DNA of 7,027 bases from contig NW_021829074.1 of assembly GCF_006345805.1 (NCBI RefSeq), forward strand, positions 1-7,027, read 5' to 3'. How positions within the stretch are numbered: position 1 is the stretch's first letter; each line of letters begins with the position of its first letter. This DNA is from Octopus sinensis (Eukaryota). A program made the translations under genes and the position numbers. Shown in pieces: positions 1-5,860 of the stretch. The notes beneath the pieces are model-generated. The model did no database searches. It was not told the DNA's origin and saw only the letters and a program-made list of their open reading frames with translations.

Positions 1-1
1 G

Positions 2-91
2 AGAACGTGTGTTGCATATCTGCATAAGTTCAGGTATTATGAACGAGCAGCTAAAAGAAAACCTCTCCTTCAACCAATTAATATCAAATAA
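2..91 (+). pseudogene. Tc1-like transposase remnant (DNA-binding/linker region)
   Basis: Frame from nt 2 reads RTCVAYLHKFRYYERAAKRKPLLQPINIK*. The LH..YY.RAA.RKPLL pattern resembles the Tc1 'R.L...G...R.A.KKPLL' motif. It is followed by a stop and cut by the window edge. Confidence 0.45.
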
Positions 92-409
92 AAGATTTTG
101 AAAATTAAAGGGGTCTATTTACTTCCTGCATGCCTGTGTAGAAGTATATGTTGAATTCAACTTACGCTAAAAGTCAACAAGCAAAGTTTGGTTTAGAAGC
201 GTTGAGATGTATTGAAAGATACAGATAAGAAAATAATTCTATTCTCAAACACACGCCGGCGGATTTTTCTGCAAAATATGGATACTTTATCCTATTCATG
301 CTATATTATTAGCATTTCCCTTCGTTTGAGAATGAAATTATTTCCTTATCTGTGTGTGTGGGTGTATATATATATACTTTATTTAAAAGCAGCAGAAATA
401 TAACAAAAG

Positions 410-447
410 CTGTTACTCAGAGTTTCACGTTCCCGTTCCTCGGGCAG
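410..447 (-). ncRNA. Minimal type I hammerhead-like motif (left arm of foldback)
   Basis: Minus RNA: CUGC-CCGAGGA-ACG GGAA CGU-GAAA-CUC U GAG-UA^ACAG. Stem II has a GNRA loop, stem III is the palindrome ACUC-U-GAGU, the cleavage triplet is GUA, and stem I is CUG/CAG. Core has U4 replaced by C. Confidence 0.55.
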
Positions 448-464
448 TTATTTTTTAAACAAAA

Positions 465-503
465 CTGTCTCGAGGAATGGGAACGTAAAACTCTGAGTAA
501 CAC
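465..503 (+). ncRNA. Degenerate hammerhead-like motif (right arm of foldback)
   Basis: Plus RNA: CUGU-CUCGAGGA-AUG GGAA CGU-AAAA-CUC U GAG-UA^ACAC. G12 is replaced by A and the core has a 1-nt insertion, so it is probably inactive. Confidence 0.4.
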
Positions 504-617
504 CATTTGTTATATTTCTGGTGCTTTTAAATAAAGCATATTACTCTACCTCTGGTAATTGAGTACTCTTTTTTCCACCTTGTTTCACATGTATGTGCTT
601 ACTCCGATATATATATA

Positions 618-777
618 GGAAAGTTTACGGGAAAAAAAAAGACGAAGACAAGTAGTGTACAAAACAAACAGATGTATTAGTATAACGGTCAGGAATAGAA
701 AGTCTTTTACGTTTCGAGCCTACGCTCTTCAACAGAAAGGTACACAGAAAAACAAGGAGAGAAACAAGGAGAAAAAA
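618..777 (-). mobile_element. Short (TA)n-anchored interspersed repeat, copy 1 (Penelope-terminal-repeat-like)
   Basis: About 90% identical by eye to 1664-1832 (shared gtttacgggaaaa...gacgaagaca...aaaacaaacagatgtattagtataacg...gtctttta...ttcgagccta...acagaaagg). Flanked by (TA)n on both sides and contains a hammerhead-like motif. Confidence 0.8.
702..743 (-). ncRNA. Minimal type I hammerhead-like motif, CUGUNGA variant, copy 1
   Basis: Minus RNA: GU(AC)CUUU-CUGUUGA-A-GAGC GUAG GCUC-GAAA-C-GUA^AAAGAC. Stem II is a perfect 4 bp, stem I is CUUU/AAAG plus GU/AC after a 2-nt bulge, and stem III is the ACGU palindrome. Predicted cut between 708 and 707. Confidence 0.6.
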
Positions 778-787
778 GAAAATAGAT

Positions 788-841
<54 letters not shown>
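788..841. repeat. (TA)n microsatellite
   Basis: Direct reading. Confidence 0.95.
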
Positions 842-842
<1 letters not shown>

Positions 843-855
843 TTGTATGTATATA

Positions 856-1020
856 CACGATGGGCTTCCACACAGTTTCCACCTACCGAGTTCACTCACA
901 AGCAACAAAGTATTTCTCGGCTTGGGGTCTTAGTAGAAAATTAGAGCCCAAGTTGCTACCACGTAGTGGGTTGGAAAACGGATTCACGTAATTGCACAGC
1001 GAGGTTCTCAACTACACACA
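856..1020 (-). mobile_element. Diverged 5' half of tRNA-derived SINE family 1
   Basis: Reverse complement aligns to 2367-2530 (cccactacgtgg, cttggg, ttctacta, cttgtgagtg, ggtaggtggaaactg, gaagcccatcgt). Confidence 0.75.
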
Positions 1021-1045
1021 CACACACATGTCTGATGTGCACAAG

Positions 1046-1072
1046 AATAAATAAATAAATAAATAAATAAAT
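1046..1072. repeat. (AAAT)n microsatellite
   Basis: Direct reading. Confidence 0.95.
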
Positions 1073-1084
1073 GAATATTATAGT

Positions 1085-1365
1085 TCCAATTTACCATGTG
1101 GAGATGGAACATGGACAGTTAGAAAAGTTCTTTGAAACGGATTAGATGCTTTTACGATTTGGGCAAAGAGGACACTTATGAACGCTTAAGAGTATGTCGC
1201 GGACAGATCAGAAAATAGATGAAAATCTACAAAGAACTATCATTGGCAAACATGAATCAGAACCTGAGAAGAATTGTATCAGACAGTTTCAAATAATTTG
1301 GTAAATTAATTAGGAAAAAGAAAATGGTTTGCAGAGACGGAAATTAGACAGGAAAAATAATGTAA
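1085..1365 (+). pseudogene. Decayed LINE (RTE-like) ORF2 C-terminal fragment downstream of the RT core
   Basis: Frame from 1085 gives SNLPCGDGTWTVRKVL*NGLDAFTIWAKRTL, matching the LINE motif 'LLYG.ETWT.RK....RLDAFE.W..RR.L'. Shifted frames give FGKLIRKKKM and RKLDRK, resembling 'FGH..R.E' and 'GK.EGK'. Contains stops and frameshifts. Confidence 0.7.
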
Positions 1366-1393
1366 GATGAAACAAAAATAGATTAAGATAGAA

Positions 1394-1570
1394 GCAGACG
1401 TGGCTGTGTGGTAAGAGGTTTTGCTTACCAACGAAATGGTTCGGGGTTCAGTTCCACCTCATGGCACTTTCGGCAGAGTCTTGTACTACAGCCTCAACAC
1501 TAACCATAGCCTTGTGAATGCATTTGGTAGACGGAAACTGAATGAAGCTTGTCGTGTGTGTGTGTGTATA
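1394..1570 (+). mobile_element. Diverged 5' half of SINE family 1
   Basis: A-box-like tggctgtgtggt (1401-1412), B-box-like ggttcagttcc, and tttggtagacggaaactga shared with 2367-2530. Ends in (TG)n. Confidence 0.85.
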
Positions 1571-1615
1571 CCTTTATATATAACGAGGAAAACGCCTCTC
1601 CACCGTCCAATGAAC

Positions 1616-1620
<5 letters not shown>

Positions 1621-1655
<35 letters not shown>
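1621..1655. repeat. (TA)n microsatellite
   Basis: Direct reading. Confidence 0.95.
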
Positions 1656-1658
<3 letters not shown>

Positions 1659-1663
1659 TATAT

Positions 1664-1832
1664 AGAGAGAGTTTACGGGAAAAAACAAAAGACGAAGACA
1701 GGTGGTGTACAAAACAAACAGATGTATTAGTATAACGCTCAGGAATAGAAAAAAGTCTTTTACCTTTCGAGCCTATGCTCTTCTACAGAAAGGGACACAG
1801 AAAACAAGGAGAGAAAAAAAGGAGAGAAAAAA
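1664..1832 (-). mobile_element. Short (TA)n-anchored interspersed repeat, copy 2
   Basis: Paralog of 618-777 in the same orientation. Starts at (TA)n and ends in three ~13-nt aaaa(a)NNggagag units. Confidence 0.8.
1755..1796 (-). ncRNA. Minimal type I hammerhead-like motif, CUGUNGA variant, copy 2
   Basis: Minus RNA: GU(CC)CUUU-CUGUAGA-A-GAGC AUAG GCUC-GAAA-G-GUA^AAAGAC. Same stems as copy 1, but C15.2 is replaced by G, which breaks the stem III palindrome. Confidence 0.5.
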
Positions 1833-1843
1833 TGGAGAGAAAA

Positions 1844-1915
1844 AATTTGAACTCAGAACGTAGGGCAGGCGAAGTACCTCTGATAATTTTGCCCAGCATG
1901 CTAAAGATTCTGCCA
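1844..1915 (-). mobile_element. Isolated tRNA-like head of SINE family 2
   Basis: Reverse complement ctggcagaatctttagcatgctgggcaaaat...tacgttctgagttcaaatt aligns to the head of 1928-2149, with A-box and B-box-like motifs. Confidence 0.8.
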
Positions 1916-1927
1916 GGAGTGATAATA

Positions 1928-2149
1928 ATAATCCTTCCTACGACAAGCATAAGGCCTGAAATTTGTTGGGGATGGGGGAAGACGATCACATCGACCTCAG
2001 TACTTTGCTGGTATTTTATTTAACAAACCCGAAAGGATAAAAGGCAAAGTCGACCTCAACGGAATTTGAACCCAGAACGTAAAATCAGACGAAATGCTGC
2101 TATGCAATTCGTCCGGCGTGCTAACAATGCTACCAGCTTACCGCCTTAT
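1928..2149 (-). mobile_element. Full-length tRNA-derived SINE family 2 with 12-bp target-site duplication
   Basis: Minus strand: A-box-like tggtagcattgtt (2135-2123), B-box GGGTTCAAATTCC (2073-2061), central gccttttatcctttcggg...aaaataccag domain, and (ATT)n tail. ggagtgataata is present at both 1916-1927 and 2150-2161. Confidence 0.88.
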
Positions 2150-2209
2150 GGAGTGATAATAAAGATAATAAGAAAAAGTGGATTTATGCCAAAATTTGAA
2201 GCCAATATT

Positions 2210-2345
2210 CGTGTGTGTGTCATTGAGTTTCTGTGTGTGTCTTTGTGTTTGTGTTCGTTCCCCGCCATCACTGCTATAGAACCGGTGTTGGTGTGGTTAC
2301 GTCTCGTAACTTAGAGACAGACAGAAAGTCGAAAGCAATAAAATA
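2210..2345 (+). mobile_element. Diverged 3' half of SINE family 1
   Basis: tgtgtttgtgttcgttcccc...aaccggtgttggtgtggttacgtctcgtaacttag aligns to 2560-2635. Confidence 0.7.
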
Positions 2346-2366
2346 GTCTCGAAAGTGAAGCAAACA

Positions 2367-2768
2367 GGCACAGGAGTGGCTGTGTGGTAAGTAGCTTGTT
2401 TACCAACCAAATGGTTCCGGGTTCAGTCCACTGCGTGGCAACTTGGGCAAGTGTCTTCTACTATAGCCTCGGGCCGACGAAAGCCTTGTGAGTGGATTTG
2501 GTAGACGGAAACTGAAAAGAAGCCCGTCGTATATATGTATATATATGAATATATGCGTGTGTGTTTGTGTCTGTGTTTGTCCCCCTAACATTGCTTGACA
2601 ACCGATTCTGGTGTGTTTATGTCCCCGTTACTTAGCGGTTCGGCAAAAGAGACCGATAGAATAAGTACTGGGCTTACAAAAGAATAAGTCCCGGGGTCGA
2701 GTTGCTCGACTAAAGGCGCTGCTCCAGCATAGCCGCAATCAAATGACTGAAACAAGTAAAAGAGAGAG
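2367..2768 (+). mobile_element. Near full-length, well-preserved tRNA-derived SINE family 1 (CORE-SINE-like)
   Basis: A box tggctgtgtggt (2377-2388), B box ggttcagtcc (2420-2429), cttgggcaagt motif as at the start of the CORE domain, internal (TA/TG) microsatellite, 3' hairpin gtcgag-ttg-ctcgac (2696-2710) and an aaagagag tail. No clear TSD. Confidence 0.9.
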
Positions 2769-3038
2769 AACCGAACCAGAATTTCGTAATAAGCAACACT
2801 ATATAGGTCTGTAGAGAAATTTATAATACTACGTTGCAATTTCTGGGTTTTATTCAAAAATAATGGATAACAAATCTCCTGGCAGAAGAGTTGACAGTTA
2901 CATAACAAATGTTTTCAATTACGTTCTCTCTCAAGACTTCATCTTCAATACAAATAGGAACGTAGGTTGTGTCAACGCTGTCATAAAACTCAAACGCTTT
3001 ACGAAGACGAAATAAAATTTTGGGAGAAATTTACGTAG

Positions 3039-3250
3039 ACGCAGGTATGGCCACGGGCTTGGAAAATTCGCTTTGAAGCCACGTGGTTTCAGCTGTAGTC
3101 GCATGGCGTCAATGCGCTATACGTTGTTGCAAGTGCCTTCTCGTATAACTACGGTTTCGCTTTTTAGATTGTGAGAAAATTTGGTACGGGAAACGCCGGA
3201 AAGACCGTCGTCTGTGTGTCTGTGTCTATGTATGTGTGTATGTATGATGT
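3039..3250 (+). mobile_element. Highly diverged 5' half of SINE family 1
   Basis: gcaggtatggc...ccacgtggtttc...gcaagtgccttct...ttgtgag...tttggta...ggaaac...ccgtcgt followed by (TG/TATG)n. Confidence 0.65.
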
Positions 3251-3295
3251 ATATATATGTGTGTGCTTGTCCATGATGTACAGATATAATGTCCA

Positions 3296-3353
<58 letters not shown>

Positions 3354-3376
3354 TTATATATATATTATATTATATT
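3296..3376. repeat. (TA)n microsatellite with degenerate edge
   Basis: Direct reading. Confidence 0.95.
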
Positions 3377-3503
3377 AAATTAGAGATAAAACCACTATTA
3401 GGCAAATCAAACAGTGAAAAACATAAGCCAAAATAAAATTAATTTAATTTATATTATTTTAAATATATATCAAAAGTATTAAAAGTTTAATAAAAGATAA
3501 GAG

Positions 3504-3630
3504 TATATATATATATATATATATATATGTACATATCCACATACATACACACATATATACATACATGCATGCATACATACATACATACATACATACATAC
3601 ATACATACATACATACATACATACATACAT
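3504..3630. repeat. Compound (TA)n-(TACA)n microsatellite
   Basis: Direct reading. It supplies the spurious N-terminus of ORF 3527-3898. Confidence 0.95.
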
Positions 3631-3671
3631 AAATATACATATTCATATATGTATGTTATTTTTCAGTCTTA

Positions 3672-3980
3672 TTTCAAGATCCACTGATCAGACCCCTTTT
3701 GATTTCTACTTTTGGGGACATTTCAAAGGTAAGGTGTATCGCAGAAAGACAAAAAAAAACGTAAATCATTTGAAAGAACGCATCACCAATTCGTTTGCAC
3801 ACGTATCACCAGATGTGTTATTACGAGTTGACAATGAGTGGGGGTTAACGTATTGCAATGTGTATTCAAAACAATGGTCGCCAAATACAGCCTGTTAAAT
3901 AAACAAAAAACAGTTCTTGTAAACTGTTTCTTATAAAAAGATAAATTTTTCCTATATATGGCGATTTTTTAATCACCCTG
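3672..3980 (+). mobile_element. Tc1/mariner-superfamily (mariner/maT/rosa-type) transposon 3' remnant with right TIR
   Basis: Translation SRSTDQTPFDFYFWGHFKGKVYRRK...LKERI...VSPDVLLRV..EW matches the 'PRSPDLTP.DF.LWG.LK.KVY' C-terminus. After a frameshift near 3848 it reads RIAMCIQNNGRQIQPVK* (stop 3900-3902). The end ...ttttttaatcaccctg followed by TA (3981-3982) is the reverse complement of a CAGGGTG-type TIR. Confidence 0.88.
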
Positions 3981-3985
3981 TATAT

Positions 3986-4250
3986 TTAAATGATAAACTT
4001 CTGGAAAATTATACAGATTTGTAAAAATCTGTATAATTTTCCAGAAGTTTATCATTTCCAGTGATGGATTGGATCGGTAGTCTTCGAATCAGCTTTCTCC
4101 TTTCTGGTTTTAAGAAGACTAATTTCTCAAGATTGGTATTTAGTCAGTGTGTTACATATCTCAGGGCCCTGAACTTGTAATATGGATAGAGCAACTGCAG
4201 ATTTCTCAATGGTTCAGTGCATGTATTTTTCACTGATCTTCTGCTTTATG
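3986..4250 (-). pseudogene. C-terminal restriction-like-endonuclease (RLE) region of an R4/Dong-like non-LTR retrotransposon, decayed
   Basis: Minus strand reads IKQKISEK / TCTEPLRNLQLLYPYYKFR-ALRYVTH*LNTNLEKLVFLKPERRKLIRRLPIQSITG...ICIIFQKFII*. This fits the RLE tail pattern 'K..EK..Y..L...L..L.......GALG.V...L...L..LG....I..LQ...I.GT..I'. The PIIIG segment appears deleted. Confidence 0.65.
3988..4057. repeat. Perfect 33-bp inverted repeat with 4-nt spacer (GTAA)
   Basis: 3988-4020 aaatgataaacttctggaaaattatacagattt is the exact reverse complement of 4025-4057. Confidence 0.97.
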
Positions 4251-4369
4251 ACTGAAATGCGCAAAGTGTAAAAGATAAATGATACGCAAGGGCTGCTGCG
4301 GAGACAACTGCGAAATTTAAATTGGTCAAGAATGAATCTGACTCTTGCAGTTCAGATAGCAATAGATAG

Positions 4370-5036
4370 CGTACTTCAGGATTTTAGCTCTTATCAGCCG
4401 AACAGTGTCTAATCCTTTATGTCCACTTTTCAACACAGTCAAGGGAGACAGCTTTGAAATTCAACACAGCCAAGGGTGACATCTGTGAAATTATTAATTA
4501 ATTCATAATTAAATAGATACATTCGGTCGAAACTAACTTCGGTCTTTGGTAGTTAAGACAACATCACATGATGAGTTTCAGGCTTATTTGCCCTTTTCAG
4601 TGAATTTGTCTCTATCATATAATTAGAGAAGAAATCCTTTATTGCCTGTTTTCAACACAATCAAGCAATACATCCGTGAAACTTCTAATTGATGTATAAT
4701 TAAATGCAGTTAGTCAGTGGAAAATGTGTCCGATATTTGATAATTAAGATGACAACACATGATGAGCTTCAGGCTTATTTGCCCTCATCAGCGAAATAAT
4801 GCCTATCTTATAGAAGAAATCATGCAGAAGAAATTATTTTGCCCATTTTCAGCACGGTCAGAGGATACATCTGTGAAATATAAATTAATTGCTAATTAAA
4901 TTGAGACATACTGTGGAAAGTTTGTCTGATCTTTGGTAGTTAAGGTGATAACATATAACGAGCTTCAGCCGTATCAGAACTCATCAGCGGGGTACACTCA
5001 AACTTATAACTTCAGAACTAAATCTTTTATGTCCAA
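4370..5036. repeat. Degenerate tandem array, ~191-203-bp unit, about 3.5 copies
   Basis: Recurring anchors: cat(c/t)(c/t)gtgaaa at 4480, 4671 and 4868; ttcag at 4375, 4577, 4768 and 4964; tttg(g/a)ta(g/a)ttaag; tttca(a/g)cac; and tttatgtcca at about 4416 and 5026. Confidence 0.8.
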
Positions 5037-5070
5037 GCAGCACTGTGCCAACTCTGTCAATACACTATGC

Positions 5071-5100
5071 CATCATCATCGCCACCACCACCACCACCAC
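5071..5100. repeat. (CAT)n-(CAC)n trinucleotide repeat
   Basis: Direct reading. It explains the His run in ORF 4933-5154. Confidence 0.9.
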
Positions 5101-5249
5101 TACCAATGCCTCCATTGCCGACAAATCGACATTTTATCTTCTATTTTTAAATAATTAAAATAAGCTCTCTCGAAATGTGTTTTCTTTTTTGTAAAGGTTT
5201 GTCTGGGTAATTTGATAGAAATAACCGACATTTTTGACATGATGGCCAT

Positions 5250-5624
5250 ATATGTGGGTGTGTATGCGTGTGTATATATGCGTGTGTTTGTGTGTTTGTG
5301 CCTGTGTAGTGTTTATGTGCGTGTAGTGTGGCACTTTAGTATTTTATGTGTATGTATGTTTGTGTGAGTGTGCCTGTATGTGTTTTTGTTGAGAGAGTAT
5401 ATAAGTACACACACATATATATATAGATATGGACATACATATATAGATATATATGTACGTGTACACGTCAATATGTACACATACATACACATATATATGT
5501 ATATATATATACATACATACATACATACATACCTAACATCCACGCACACTGGCTCTACATAGATGTAACAACCTGTGCATATGGTGGTGCATATAAATAT
5601 ATATATACCCACACACCACACAAC

Positions 5625-5663
<39 letters not shown>

Positions 5664-5823
5664 TAATATATATAATATATTATATACCTACATATATACA
5701 TACATCAACGTACGTATATATACACTTAAACATACCCAAGTACACATGCACACGCACACACACACATATATATATATATATACATATACACGCACTTACA
5801 AACATACAAGGACATATACATTT

Positions 5824-5857
<34 letters not shown>

Positions 5858-5860
5858 GCA
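5250..5860. repeat. Compound TG/TA/CA/TACA microsatellite field
   Basis: Direct reading. Confidence 0.9.
5425..5542 (+). repeat. Dispersed direct repeat, copy 1 (partner 6512-6644)
   Basis: The 53-nt core 5425-5477 equals 6512-6564 with 1 mismatch, and the 15-nt catacctaacatcca is shared (5528-5542 and 6630-6644). Confidence 0.85.

Larger units (their letters stand above)
377..536. mobile_element. Foldback (inverted-repeat) mini-element; MITE-like or inverted Penelope-type terminal repeat
   Basis: Arm 377-449 is the reverse complement of arm 463-536 (73 bp, 6 substitutions of which 2 give G.T, plus 1 indel), with a 13-nt spacer. The left end abuts (TA)n at 365-376. Confidence 0.85.

Noticed and set aside
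166-268. Minus-strand exon candidate (ttttgcag acceptor at 270-269, gtaagt donor at 165-160)
   Set aside because: The 103-nt interval has stops in all three frames. A non-coding exon cannot be excluded but has no support.
712-732. Alternative hammerhead register UUGAAGA-G...C-GAAA
   Set aside because: It is not conserved in copy 2 (UAGAAGA), and it loses the 4-bp stem II and the abutting stem I.
2367-2440. Functional tRNA gene
   Set aside because: Only the A and B boxes are retained. There is no complete cloverleaf and the sequence continues into a SINE body.
3668-3734. Exonisation of the mariner fragment (tttttcag ... aag/gtaagg)
   Set aside because: The donor-like motif is simply the K-G-K-V codons, and there is no transcript evidence.
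3527-3898. 123-aa ORF as an intact gene
   Set aside because: The N-terminal half is (TACA)n and the C-terminal half is a frameshifted mariner fragment.
4560-4800. Box C/D snoRNA cluster, SECIS or duplicated coding exons as explanations of the tandem array
   Set aside because: ATGATGA is present in two units but D boxes are not conserved at a fixed distance, there is no SECIS apical AA, and the acceptor-like tttcacag units run into stops in all frames.
4370-5036. CRISPR-like array
   Set aside because: The context is eukaryotic, homology spans whole units rather than repeat plus unique spacer, and there are no cas genes.
4933-5154. His-rich 73-aa ORF
   Set aside because: The His run comes from the (CAT)(CAC)n repeat, the start is TTG, and the N-terminal part lies in the tandem array.
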